Of a stretch of DNA of 64,000 nucleotides, positions 1 through 14,007 are shown piece by piece. The notes under the pieces were generated by a model. It had not been told where the DNA came from. It saw only the letters and a program-made list of their open reading frames with translations, and searched no databases. Within the stretch, counting starts at the first letter, position 1; every line of letters starts with the position of its first letter. The position numbers and the translations under genes were made by a program. This DNA is from Podarcis bocagei (Eukaryota), in the NCBI GenBank assembly GCA_964188305.1, contig OZ076895.1; one strand, given 5' to 3'.

Positions 1-26
1 TTGCTAGCATGAAAATATCCTGGAGC

Positions 27-242
27 AAAGCGGTATGAGACTTTGAAATAATCCATATCCTAATATACACATAAATAATCCCGGATGCAGGAGATGACAC
101 CCATGGACAGGTGGTTCAGTGTGCTGATTACCTGTGAAGTCCTTGTCCATGGACACTTGGTGGTCTTTGACATCATCTCCATGCTCTGGGATTGCTCATG
201 TGTCTATTAGGATATGGATTATTTCACAATATCATACTGTTT
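27..242. mobile_element. Palindromic fold-back / MITE-like element with about 70-bp inverted arms
   Basis: Left arm gcggtatgagactttgaaataatccatatcctaatatacacat pairs with right arm atgtgtctattaggatatggattatttcacaatatcatactgt. Confidence 0.6.
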
Positions 243-529
243 AGGGCACTTACCAATGGCTGCTCTAAATCCATCATGGCTTTGGGGATCATACCAAATG
301 TGATATCACAGAAATAACACCAATGCCAGTGTTTATTGGTGCAAGTCAAAAGACATTACAATAAAAAATAAATAAAATAATTCAGTGCCAAAAACAGCAG
401 ATATTTCAACAAAGAGCCATCAATATTAATAGAATTCCCTTTGGGCTTCTTTTCTCTATTTAAAAAAATATGGGGAAATAGAAGAAAAGAATATTGAAAC
501 TCCAGCAAGAAAACAATGAACATGTAGAG

Positions 530-617
530 CAGGCATAGGCAAACTCCGCCCCTCCAGATGTTTGCGACTACAATTCCCATCATCCCTGACCACTGGTCCT
601 GTTAGCTAGGGATGATG
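530..617. mobile_element. Partial copy of an abundant short palindromic squamate repeat (ccagatgtt..ggactacaactcccatc family)
   Basis: Same motif recurs at about 5322-5420, 7850-7972, 15203-15320, 19340-19469, 44835-44945, 45290-45413 and 52185-52320. Confidence 0.6.
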
Positions 618-720
618 TGGGGCCACCAGATGTGGGGCCCTATTTTTCTGGTTTTCTTTTCCAACTGACACTCATTATTCTGTGACTATTGAGCATGCTC
701 AGTCCTCATTGACCTGAGGG

Positions 721-741
721 TTTGTTTGTTTGTTTGTTTGT

Positions 742-772
<31 letters not shown>
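721..772. repeat. Compound (TTTG)n(CTTG)n microsatellite
   Basis: Seen directly. Confidence 0.9.
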
Positions 773-1909
773 TTTGCCCCATTTAGGCTTTTTTAAAAAG
801 TTTTTTTTTCTTTCTTCTGCTGCAGACTTTAGAGTTCCCTTGAGCATGCTGCTACTGCCGTCTTAAGTCTCAGGGTCTCCCATCTCACTCCATACCTGTT
901 GGCTCTCACTATCTGAGTTTGCTAATAGAAGGCACTACAACAGAACCCCTTTGGTCACATCCACACTATATATTTGAAGCGTGTTTATACCACGCCCCAA
1001 AGAATCCTGGGAACTCTAGTTTGCCCCTCAACAAAATGCAGTTCCCAGGACTGGGTGGAGTGGGGGGGGTGAAGCCATCTGAATGTTCATCACTGCCAGT
1101 CTTAAATACCAGGATTTTGTTTCAGGAAAGACTTGGCAGAGATTAATTGATCTAGACATCCCTCGGAAGAGGTTGGAATTAGAATATTGTCTGCAAATGT
1201 GAGACTGGGGTTCATGTAAGTCTCTAGATGGGTTTCTGTTCAGAGAAGGTCCCTCCAGGAGTGGGGTTAGAATTAACGCACACAGAGTGACGCTCTTGAG
1301 GTGCTTGCTGTTACACAGATAAAAGCCAGATGACAACAAGCTCAAGCAACAAGGGATCACCTTGTTTAATAACTGATTGGCCTTCACAGCAGTCCTGAGC
1401 ATTTGCTACAGAGAAAGAGGAAGCTGAGCGCTTTCAAAAACCCTTTACGCTCTGTGAATGTCCTGCATCCCTGGAGCCTGAGCACACCGTTTGCTGCTTT
1501 GCACCTTCCCTCCTTTTGGTTAGATACAGGAAAGACACCATGGTGTCAAGGACAGGGGTCTGCCAGTTGAACCTTTTCCTTCCCCAGGACAATGAGGATA
1601 TTATCTCTCCCCTCCTATACGAGAGTCCTTGGAATGTCAGGTGAGTTTCATGGAAGTTGCTTCTCTGTCATTACACACACCATTAACAGTGGCAGAAGCA
1701 GAAGCAGCTGGGCCTTGCCCTGGAGAAAAGAGGCAGGTATTGTGCAAACGTACATGATTTTGGCAGGGTGTGCTGTAGCTGGTCCAGAAGCATGAAACAG
1801 TTCAAAGAGGCAGAACCACAGGCTTGAAATTAAATGGGATTTGTGGAACTGTGCATCATCTCTAACTGAAGAAGCCAAGTAGTGTTGTTACATTTTTTTT
1901 CATGTCGCC

Positions 1910-2180
1910 TTTCCTTTCCTCCAAGGGGATCGGGGCTGCTTAAGTGGTTTTCCTCTCCTCCCCATTTTATTCTCATCCCAACCCTGTGAGGCAAGTTAAG
2001 CTGAGAGACAGGAACTTGCCCAAAGTCACCCTGTGATCTTCATGGCCATGAAACTCAGTGGGTAACCTTGGGACAGTCACTTTCTCCCAGCCTAACCTAC
2101 CTCACAGGGCTCTTTTGAGATGAAAAAGTTGAGGGGAGGTAGAGAAGGGAACCATGCGCCTCATCATCACCTGCTTGGAG
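1910..2180. mobile_element. Two degenerate, oppositely oriented Squam3/MIR-like SINE fragments
   Basis: caaccctgtgaggcaagttaagctgagaga..cccaaagtcacc followed by cagcctaacctacctcacaggg; similar pieces at about 5405-5630 and 38700-38830. Confidence 0.45.
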
Positions 2181-2234
2181 GAAACATGGAAAAAATAAAT
2201 GTAATAAATGCTAAGTTATGAGAAATTATACTCA

Positions 2235-2411
<177 letters not shown>

Positions 2412-5400
2412 TTAATCAACAGAAAACACAAACTATTCCATATTTTTCCTACAGAATCAAACGTTGTTTGTACCAGCCAGACATTCCTTAAGAAAATAAA
2501 ATGGACGAATTGATGCAGATCATTTAGCTGAGGGGGAAACACCAAGGTTACAATGTGCCAATATCACTAATCACCTTCCTGTTTTATCTACAGCAGCAGA
2601 TTAAAGGGGGAAGGGATTCAGGGCCACTTTATACATTATACAGGTTTGAACAAAGCATTTTATCTTTAGTATCCTCATAAAATTGTCAACATTAAGGGGG
2701 AACAAATACATGCTGCCAGCTGTGTGTATCATACAGGTAGTATATACAAAAATTATCTGAACGGCAAGCAATTTCGTGCTGGGTGGATACTTGGTGCAAA
2801 CACTGATTTCCCTCTATGTGCAATAGCCTCAGATCTTTCATGAAATCTGATGGCACATTATTCATTTGGAAATCATCGGCAAACATTTCTGTAACAGCAA
2901 AGAACCCTGTGGCATCTTAAAGGCTGACGTTATGTTATTATGGCATAAGCTTTTATGGACCAAAGGCACAAAGTGTTATCCTGAGTGATGATGTGGGGTT
3001 GATTGTAAACACTGAGGTCGAAAAGAAAGGAAATGCCGAAAAGGTCAGATGGGGGAAGTTACCTTGTTATCTGTCTATCATTTCATTCCATTTATGAAGT
3101 GCTTCCTATAAAATTCTCTCAAAACAATTTAACCATTAAAACAAATTTCATACAACTCACAACCCCAGATCCAATACAGAGGTTGGAATTAAAAAATCTC
3201 CACTCAAAAGGCTTGTTGAAAAAAAGGAATGTCTTCAGCTGACACCACTCCAAAACTTATGTTCACTTAGGAACAGGCTGGTTCTTTCTCAAGCTCCTTC
3301 TCATCTCATTAGTTACTGTTTAGAATTAAATGAGCTAAGCTTAGTCCTATTCAGAGGGGGGGGGGAATTGTGACTGTTGTCTTTGGCTGAGATCACACAT
3401 TTGAACCTTGGAGTGCTTTTCTATCTTCAAGCAAATAAAAAAAAAGGAACTGTGTTTCAGTGCCCTTCCTCAGGGATCCAGAGAACAATGGAGGATGCAC
3501 CTTTGAAAGATGCAACCCAGCTCAAAGAGCAGTCAGCCAATTAATGTTAAGTGCTAGTAGCCATAAAGTCAGAATAAAGGAAGGAATGGGAGCTGGGGCA
3601 GGTTAGCTTTTCAAGCCATACACAATATTTTATTTTTGATCGGAAAAATCTTCCTCAGGTTCTTAGGACTATATTTTGCTGTGACTTTTCTGCGGTCATA
3701 GTGGGAACTTGTTTTGGTGGGGGGGTCTTTCCCCTGCCCCCAATTTAAACATTTAGTATTTGTAAGAAATATTGGCACTCCAAAACACCGGAAAAGGCAG
3801 CCTTAATAATACAGTAACTCCCTGAAACTCAAAAGAGATCTTCCAGGGCCTGGAACAATGAGCGGACGCAAGCGACCAGGTCAAATTGAACCCAGAGAAA
3901 AGGGGCAAATAAGTCTGACATCTGCCTCATCTTCTTTGACAAAAACTGTGTCAGCATCAGAGACTTCCCACAGCAATTCCTGCAGACTGCAGCACATGCG
4001 ACCTCAGTGATGTTTGCCCTGGCTAAAACTAATGTGCCCACATTGCATCTCCAGAAGGATAAGGAAAGATTATGGCCTTGGTGGGATCATTCGACACAGG
4101 CTGTGTCTACACACACACCATTTACTCTACACCTGGTATGCTCCCACCAGTAGTCTGGGAAGCAGTGTACATGTGATATTAGCCAAAAGCCATGTCTGTC
4201 CTTTGGTTTCCTATTAAATACTGTGTGTGGTGATGTGTGATTACCCAAGCCAGTTTCAATCCAAACGGAGAGAAAGAACAGCTGCAAATAAATCCCCCTT
4301 TAACTCTTTTTAAAATGGCTTTTTACGTAGGGTTCTGGGTGCAGTCTTCCTGAGGGGAAAAAATGGGTCCGTTTAATTAGTTCATCCTGCCACCTGTGTG
4401 CCTCATGCAGGATTGCATCAAGGTCACAATGGCTGTGCAGAAATCCACCGAGAAATCCCGCATGTACACTGTCCTTGGGGTGAGGAAATATACCCCAAGG
4501 CCCTGATTGGATGAAGGAAAATCTACACTTCTGTATCCAAGCCTTTTAGTACAAAAACTGGTCTCTGACCTGCATCGAAGGCCTTCGTTCAGATGAAGGA
4601 TCATGCACTGCAATAAGCTTGTGTCTGGATGAAGCTTGCTGGTGGGTTCCATAATTTAGGCAAGCTAGCTTTGTTGTTTTGGTCTGTACTCACATTCCCA
4701 AAGGTTTGCTTTACACTATTAGCCTTTCTTAGCCGTCTTTTATTGGTAAAGGGTTTGTAGTCTGTGCTTGGCCATATGCTACTGAGTAAAGACTCATTCA
4801 CACTTCCCTTTTTGCTTCATTTCTGAGCACAGGTCTGGGCTTTCCAGGTTGTGTCTGAGTGTCATCTTGGTGTGTTTTCCCCCCAGTACTTTCCCTGGGG
4901 AAACCCACATTTTACTGCTGAATCAGCACAAACAGCAATCAGGTTTTCCGAATCTTTCCAGGAAGAAAAGCACCAGAACAAAACAAAACAAAAAAAAGAC
5001 ACACACCTGAAAAACCCACACCTATGCCTAGAAGAGACCTAAGTTGTGTGCTTGGAGCTCAAAAGACAGTGAGTGGACTGTTTGGACTCTTTGTGAATCC
5101 CAAGAACATCCAGAAACAACCTGAGCTTCCCTTAGTTCAGGATTGGGAGACTACAGAGGTTCGGGCAGTGCTACAGGGCAGGTTGGTTTTCCCTGGGCTA
5201 TCTTACATAGTTTGCAGTACGTAATGAGAAAAGCAGCCCAGCATAAGCAAAATGCTTTACAATGACCTGGCAGTGTTTCAAGCCAGATAATGTATACACA
5301 ACCACAATCAATTTGTTATGCAGTGGGCTGGATGAGGGGGCAACCAAAACGGTGCCCTCCGGATGTTGTTGGACCACAACTCCCAACTACAACCAGAGGG

Positions 5401-5850
5401 CGCCATATTGGCTACCTCCTGCTGAGAGTGTCAGACTAGAACTGCAGAAACCTTGGTTCAAATTCCCACTTATCCATGAAGTTCACCAGGTGACTTCGGA
5501 TCAATTCTTCTCAGCCCAATTTTCCTCACAGGGTTGTGGTTTTTGTGTGTGGTTTTTTTGTAGAATACAAGGAAGCAAGAGACTAGTTTGTCACTCTGGG
5601 CAACTTGGAGAGAGAATAGGGTTAAAGTGAAGTAAACAAATAAATGAGACTCCAAAACAGAGGTCTCCAAAAGAGGGGGATGAGGAGGAGAGGAGAGGCC
5701 TTCTGTTATTACTCTGTAGTGCTACGGGACAAATGTCATCTCCATACTAGAGGAGTTGATGAGGATACACAGAATGCAGCTATAATCAGACTGTCTCTCA
5801 GCCTGCTCCAGTCTTGATCTGAACTGAAAGGAAGGGAAGTCTGGCAGAGT

Positions 5851-5992
5851 CAGTGCTTTTTCTTCTTCTCCTGGTGGTACTCATGGGTACGCAGTACCGG
5901 CACCTTCCCCCCAAATGTTAAAAGTGTGGCACATACTGTAACAACTTCCTGGTGAGTACCAGCACCTCTTTTTCTTTTTTAAAAAAGCACTG
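5851..5992. mobile_element. Short MITE with CAGTGCTTTTT terminal inverted repeats
   Basis: cagtgctttttc ... aaaaaagcactg; no clean TSD. Confidence 0.55.
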
Positions 5993-6692
5993 CAAAGAAG
6001 CAATGCCTTTGGGAGGATTAGAAAGGGAGGATTACAGAAGATGAGTCATGAGTAACGCAACTGGCAGATGATCAACATTACCATCTGAGGAGGAGGCTTG
6101 GAGCACACCAACTGGTGCACCTTCCAGCAAAGTTCAGTGTTGTCGCTGGAAGAGTGCAAACTTCCAGATCAGTTATGACTTCAGGAAAGGCAGCTGGGAA
6201 CATCTGGTGACAGGCCCATTTTGGAGGAGAAGCATGACCCCACCACTTCCAGCTGCTTTACAAACATTCAACCATACAAACCTTACTACCCAGGACATAT
6301 GGAGTCCCCATCTTGAAAATACAAAATGTAGTGAATAAGGAGGCATTGTTCATACTCCATATAAGATTGTCAGTGCACTGGTTTGTTCCAAACACAGAGC
6401 TGACTGCTTTGCTTTGTATTCAGATGGGTTTAGGCATGTATAGTCAAAAAGACACATGTCATAATAGAGACGTTCTCATGGGATTGGGGGTCAGCCAGGA
6501 CTTTTGTGCAAAACTCCCTCAACACAGCGAGAATTTTCTCAGCTGTAACAATTCCCCAAAGGAGAGACGGTAGAGATTCCTGATGGGGGTTTTTCCCCTC
6601 CCTGCATACGGATTTGTTCCATAACTGCTTATTCAACGTACAGAATTGCTGTGCGAAGAATAAAGGTATAAACAGCTCTCATTACTTGGCTA

Positions 6693-7013
<321 letters not shown>

Positions 7014-8343
7014 TCAGTTATATGCTCCCACCAACCCATCATAAGCCCCTTCCAAACCCCCCTAACACAGACAGGCACTGGTACATCAAAAGAAGGAATA
7101 ACTATTTTTCAGATAGCCCATTCGCAAGTTGCATCCAATGCCTGCTATCATCTCCAGCAAATGTCTGATGTGGCTGTTGTCTCATCCCCCAGGTGTGTCC
7201 TGGTGTTAGTCCCCAAACGGATCTTAAAGTCATGCTCTCTTCAGCTAGAGCAGTGGGTCAGATGCAGAACAAGAGTAAGGAACCAAAGGGGCAGAATGCA
7301 GCCCTCCAGATCTCTTTTTCTTGCTCTCTCCACAGGCCACACAACTCACTGCCCTGTGTCACAGCCTTCTCAGATGCTTTTACCGGAGTGGAATGTGTCT
7401 TCCTTGAATTATGCTAATAATAAGTTTTGCTTTCTTGCTTGGATGAATGGAGGAATGCAGCCTGCTGTACGAAAGTCAAGTGTTATATCCATTGCGCCAC
7501 CTACTTCTGCATCTTCCCTCACCTGCCCCTAGTATGTGGCCCCCGTAACACTGTTCAGGAGGCAATGTGGCCCTTGTGCTGAAAAGGTTCGCCAGGCCTG
7601 TTTAAGAAGAATCTTTTCCCTTCCACTCCTAGTTCTTCACATAGTCTTTGTGTAACAGGTTCACACTTCAAACGCACTTCTTAGAAACAGCTGGGTTTTC
7701 TGTACAAGCCAGACATCACACGGAGAGAAGGTGGAGATAAGGGCCTGCCCATGACATTTTGCTGCCCAAATCATCTATGCCCTCAGGATCTGAGATCAAC
7801 TGTGCACAATCCAAAGGGGTTTTTAAAAAGTTACAATATAGAACATTTCCCCCCAAGCTGGTCTCTCTAGTTAATTTGAACTGCCGTCAGTCCTAGCTGG
7901 CATGGGCAATGGTCAAGGATGATGGGGTTGTAGTCCAAAGCATATAGAGGGCAAGAGGTTGGGGAAGGCTGAAACAGTGGTTTCCCTACATATTTGGAGT
8001 ATGCCATACACGTTAATTTCAGTAATCTCAATGATATGTACAGTTTGTAAGGTAGATCAGTATTATTACAGAGAGAGAAAGACCCAAATAGATGCAGGAA
8101 ATAGTTTCAAAATAATATAATACATCTGGAGCAATGCATTTTAATAGAATGTCTTCTTAGGGGGCAATAGATTAACATTCTTCTTTTGCTTGCTCTGAAA
8201 GGCTATTCTAATGCTATCCTTGTGCGTGTAAATGGTCATTCTCTGTATTAAACACAAGGGCAGGATCGGAGGAGAAAAAAGAATTCTAAAACACTGACTT
8301 CTTGATACTTCCAGCTGGAGATGACCGTGCTGTGGATGGATGC

Positions 8344-8434
8344 CATGGCTGTCAACGTTTCCCTTTTTTTTAAGGGAAATTCCCTTATTCTGAATAGGAT
8401 TCCTCGCAAGAAAAGGGAAAAGTTGATAGCTATG
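8344..8434. mobile_element. About 90-bp hAT-type MITE, copy 1
   Basis: TIR catggctgtcaac / gttgatagctatg; 8-bp TSD atggatgc / attgatgc. Confidence 0.75.
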
Positions 8435-8580
8435 ATTGATGCTTCCATACAACCCAGATGGAGTAATATAGGAGAACCCTGTAGAAAACTAAAAGGGCAA
8501 TGAATATTACAAGGACATGAATACTACCAGGTAGCTGGCAAGATTCAGGGAGGGAGGGAGGGAGGGAGAAGTGTTATGAT

Positions 8581-8670
8581 CATAGCTGTCAACATTTCCC
8601 TTTTCTTGCAAGGAATCCTATTCAGAATAAGGGAATTTCCCTTAAAAAAAGAGAAACGTTGACAGATATG
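8581..8670. mobile_element. About 90-bp hAT-type MITE, copy 2 (inverted relative to copy 1)
   Basis: TIR catagctgtcaac / gttgacagatatg; perfect 8-bp TSD gttatgat. Confidence 0.8.
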
Positions 8671-10586
8671 GTTATGATTTGGTTTAGTTGGCTACCTATA
8701 TTTTGCTATGCATCTAAACAAACCAATAAAAACTATATTGTTTCCTCAAAGAATCCTGGGAACTGTTCAGGGTGCTGGGAACTGTAGCTCTTGGGGGGGT
8801 ACACTATACAGTTCTCCAGATTCTTTGGGGAAGCTGTAACTTAAAGTGGTATAAGCATGGTTTTAGATGCATCGTGTGGTTGTGACCTTAGTCTCCTACC
8901 TAGAAAATGACATTTCTCAGAAGGCTATTGTGAATGTGATAACAATCATAAAGCACTTTGAATACTGAAAGGCCCATTGCTGCCTAGACGAACCCTCTAC
9001 TATCTCCTCCTTTCAAGACTTCTCTCAACTCCAGTAAAGCAGGATTTATTCAGTATGTTTCTTAGATGCAGGAACAGATACCAATCCTCACTATAGAAGC
9101 TGCTCCAATAATAAGTATCCTCTGTGGAGAAAGAATCATCTGGAATTAATGTGCTTCGAGGCCGCCTATTCAGCCTGGAAATTCTCATTAAGCACAATCG
9201 TCTTCCTTTCTTTTCTTCCCACCTTCACTTCTTTCTTTCACTAACAAACAATTACAACAAGGGTTTTGCTTAGCTGGGTAGGGGGGCGGATGTTGTTAGC
9301 AAGCCGTGGTGGAACTGAATGGATAGTACACAGAAGGCTGAAATGAATCAGAGTTGGGGGTCACAGAGCCTAAACTTCTCACTCAGTGCTCTTGTAATCA
9401 CAGCATCTGTGGAAGATGGCTGCTCAGCAGCTGCTGCAATGCCTCCAGCAAAGGGGAACCCACCAATTGTCTGTTCCATGGCTGAGCAATCCTTACCATT
9501 AGGAAAGCTCTCCTCATGTTAACTAGAATCTGCTCCCTGGTAATCTCCCACCCATAGATTATAGTATCCTCTGGAAGAGCAACAGAGACCAAGCCTTCTT
9601 CAGCATGGCGGTCCTTCCGAGGTTTGAAGGCATCTCTCATGTCTCTTCCCCCCACCTTTATCTTCTCTTCTCCAGGATAAACATACCTGAGCCTTTCCAT
9701 CGTACCTCCTAGGAGTTGACTACTTCCATGCTGCCACTATTTCTGGGTGGGATTCAATTACATACCGTAAAATTCAGGTCACTCAATTAAAGCTGATTGC
9801 GAAGCTATAAGCAACAAGCCCATTTTCCCCAAACACTGGGCTTTTTGCAATAAAGAAACTGAGAGGGAAAATGCACTGGAAAGTGTGAGAGAACGTGGTG
9901 ATGCAAACATTGCCCAGCCTTCCCACCAACAAATCAGTGTATGCCACATGAAGCCACATGAAGTTACCACCTTGCTGAACCTAACCAGGTCTTTTTATGG
10001 CCAGTCCCTGGATGAAAGCCCTCATACATGCTACCTTGGGTCTCATGTTGAAAGAAAGATGGGGTACAAATCAAAGATTCAATGCACAGGTTCTTGCTAT
10101 CAGTATAAACTCATCCAAGAAACCATTAAGGACAGTCACAGAAGGCATACTGTGCTCTAGAAATGACCAGTCACTGATGCTGATTGCATCTTAGGGAGCA
10201 AGCAGAATTTCATGGCTAAAGCAACCTCAGAAATACAGTCTGGGTAAATAACAATAGCTGCCAACAATAGGCGTCCCCTACTCAGAAGCAGGGGGAGTCA
10301 TGGCTCATTTGCATGCATTAATTAAGCTGAATTGCGTACACATTTAAACATTTCCCCGTTTTCTTACACCAGCACAGCAGGGTAGAAGTGGGGGGGGGAG
10401 GGCTGGTTTGAAACTAGTCAAGTACAGCTGAAGCTGAGCAGAGATATGCAAAAGGTACTTGCAAAAAGGAACATTTAGGAGATCCATATCCATATAAAAT
10501 GCTAATAGAACAGCAGTGATCTATCCAGAGAGAAAAACTGCTGCCTCTGCTCACAAGACACAAATGCCCTCCCTCTCCTTACTCTG

Positions 10587-10588
<2 letters not shown>

Positions 10589-10636
<48 letters not shown>
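10589..10636. repeat. (GT)n microsatellite
   Basis: Seen directly. Confidence 0.95.
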
Positions 10637-10638
<2 letters not shown>

Positions 10639-11490
10639 ATGGGCTTTTAAGCATGCTCTTTTCCTGCCAAGTTTTACTGTTTGCTGAGGGGGAAATAAAT
10701 GTTTTCATCTCTCCCCCCCCCCTCCTTGTGCGCTTAGAGAACTCAAAGAAGTAGGCAGAAACCACAAACAGGGGAGGGAGGGGGAAATGAGAACTTTAAA
10801 AAAAGAAAGCATGAAACAGAAAAGTACATCAAATTAGCATGTGCCTTCTCGGGAATGTGAAGAGTTTGGCCCATTATGAGTAAAATGAGAATGTGATTGG
10901 AATTAGCTTGACTTGGAAGCTCGCGTGACAAGAAAATTGCAAAAAGCAGCAGGTATTTGTAAGTAGCGCTGAAAATTTACTAACTCCTGGGGATCGTAAT
11001 GAATTCAAAATGTAGGCTTGATCTGCAAAGACTTTTTTAAAAAAAGAAAGATGCAGGTGTAGTGTTTGGAGGTGGTATTATTCGTTACAGGGTAAGCCAC
11101 TCGTGTAAAAGTGCAATCCTGTGGTAAATGTGCTCTAGCTCAAGCTCTTTAGGATTTTGGTTAGGTTCTAGAGCAGATAGGATCTTAAATGGAAGCCAAG
11201 ATATAATCCAAAAGGTGAAACCAATGCTCTTCTTCTACAAAAAGAAATGCTGGAACTCACCATGAACACCTCCCTTGTTCTTTTATAATGGCAATGGCAC
11301 CCACCTGAGAGGTGCTGGAACTCAGTTCTGGTGAGTTCCGGCTGGAAAAAATCCTTGTGTGGAATCCCCCCCCCCCACACACACACAATTCTGTGAACTG
11401 AGTTAGCCTGACTGGGGGAGAAGGAGAGAGGAACAGGCTTGCTCTTGGGAAGGGAAGTGCATGACCTTTCATGTGGTGGTGGAAGCCATC

Positions 11491-11742
11491 CAGGGGTCAG
11501 CAAACTTTTTCAGCAGGGGGCCGGTCCACTGTTCCTCAGACCTTGTTGGGGGGCCAGACTGTATTTTGAAGGGGAGGGATGAATGAATTCCTATGCCCCA
11601 CAAATAACCCAGAGATGCATTTTAAATAAAAGGACACATTCTACTCATGCAAAAACATGCTGATTCCTGGGCTGTCCGTGGGCCTGATTTAGAAGGCGAT
11701 TGGGTCGGATCCGGCCCCCAGGCCTTAGTTTGCCTACCCATG
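11491..11742 (+). mobile_element. Non-autonomous hAT-like element
   Basis: Termini caggggtcagcaaac ... gtttgcctacccatg; inverted second copy at 22095-22424. Confidence 0.7.
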
Positions 11743-13189
11743 CCATAAACCATTTGATGTGATTGGTGTGTTGAGCTAGCAGCTGAGGTGACAAGGCATG
11801 ATAGCAGCTCTTCAGAGAGCCCCACAGTGAGGGTGGGGCAAATGGTTCCCTCCCAGCTGTGTTTTGCCCTCCTAGCCCTCTGAATTTATTTCTTTTGATT
11901 GTCCTTTTAATTTGTGACATGGCAGACAATGAGAGTGACCATTTAAAGAATGACATCTTGTTTGAGAACAGGAGCAATTTAGGAATAGAAGCCTCTGAAA
12001 AATTCAGCGAATAAGGCCTGCTCACTCAGTACTTTCCCACATTCAGGGTGGGTTTTTCATGACAGCTACCCTTATGTTTGATGCATTTTTTTTACGTTAG
12101 TTTAATCCTGGGGGGCGAAGGCTGTCCTGTTTTAAAGTATGATTTCCAGGTGCTATACATTTGCTCTCTCTCTCTCTGAAAAGTTGCCCTGCGAACCCAC
12201 CGTTCAGAAAGCTTTCTTGTGTATTTATCAAGCAATTTCGTACATTTGCAAAAGAAAGTCAACTATGCAGTAAATATGTTATCCACTTAAGGACTTAATC
12301 TCATTGGCTCCAACAAGAAGCTTATGCATATTGTTCTCAGCATCGCTCTCTCCAAATCACTCTCTCCAAATGCTTGTCTACAGTTGCATTGCAAGGTGCT
12401 CTTGCACTGTTTCTAAACCTGCATTTTTGAATTGGTGCTGTCAGGTTACAAGATTTAAATTGATTTTTTGAGAAAGCAAGCTGCATACTAGTTTTTAACT
12501 TCTTAGTCATACCATAAAGTATTTTGCTTGTTTTACAACTTTTGGTATCCCCTTGTTCACACTAGGATCCGTAACATCTTTTTTCCTTATGAAACAAAGA
12601 AACAAAAATGCCAGTCATTTAATTCCTGGTGTTAACTTTCTGTTAATTTGACCTCTACATAGCCCATTATGTGAGTTGACATACACGCTGCATGAAGGGG
12701 GGTGAGCAGGAATGTCACTGTTCTTCCCCTTCCCCTGGCCCTCACACACCTCTCTCAACCAGGTAAGCTAGAAGCATTATGAGAGTTCAAGGACACATGC
12801 CACCTAGGCGAAAATTCTCAACGAAGGTTCAAAGCAGGAGTGTGGCTTAGGAGGAGTATAGCAAGTAGAGAGAGTCAGACAGAAAGGTTCTCCATTTCTG
12901 ATATGAACAAATCAATAAATAAAGTGATGACCAGAAGTGTCAAGAAGTTCAGTGGTAGGGCGCAGCCTTTGCATTCAAGTGGACAATGGCTTGATTTGGT
13001 AAAAGTCAACTTCCTACGTTCCACAGCTCAACTCCAAATAAGCCCAGTTTAGATGCTCACCCTACCAATTTAGTTGTGTAAATGGGCCACTCCTCATGGC
13101 TGCTGCTTGATTATCACCCAAGCAGATGGTGTCCTTTTTTTTCTGAATCAATAGCAATTTCACAACAACAAACAAAGTTCTGTACTCAC

Positions 13190-13257
13190 TATTTATAATT
13201 CATGGCAACGTCGACAAAATATTTCCTTCTCTGCCGATACACATTGTCCTTAAATCC
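13190..13257 (-). CDS. TPH2: Tryptophan hydroxylase 2, exon 5
   Basis: ctttag|..|gtgagt; GFKDNVYRQRRKYFVDVAMNYK(Y). Confidence 0.97.
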
Positions 13258-13944
13258 CTAAAGCAGATAAAAGAAAATGAATGCGTACCAAAGAGAATTA
13301 ACAACAGAAGGAAAAAATCAATAATCAAAGTGGATTCTAAAATAATGCTTATTAATATTGTAATTCATGCCATTTGTGGAACAGTTAGCAAACATAATGA
13401 CATTGTTACATGCCACTCCAATCTCTAAGTGGCAAGAGATTCCAGGGGTTCACGTTTCCTTTGGAAATGAGGCACAGCAGAGACTGTGGTGTCTTTATGA
13501 TATATGGTTTATGTACACATATATAAAACTTGCTTTGTTAATCACCTTTCTTTTGCTCTCCATGATGGCTCTTCATCAGGTGATTTCCTGAGCATGGAAA
13601 AAACTGGTTTGGCCTGTATTTTGACACTACTAAATTCAGTGTCTGGCAGCCCATCTTGATACTCCAAGCACTGATTAACTTCTAACAGTAAATGCAGGAA
13701 TTATTGGTGTCTTGCATCCACAAACTCATAACAAGATGTACAAGAATAGCCCTTTACTGCAACAAAACTTGACTAAGACTATGCACACATCACCAGTTTA
13801 AAATGCAGCTATATTGTTCTTTTTCTTATTTCAGATCAAAGCTGGTTCGGAGCGGGGAACACATCAAAATGCAGCACTATACTGTATTTCCTACTCAACA
13901 ACAGGATAGGTATGGATTATGTGTCTGCCTTTATTAGTACTTTG

Positions 13945-13945
<1 letters not shown>

Positions 13946-14003
<58 letters not shown>
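13946..14003. repeat. Compound (GT)n(GA)n microsatellite
   Basis: Seen directly. Confidence 0.9.
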
Positions 14004-14007
<4 letters not shown>

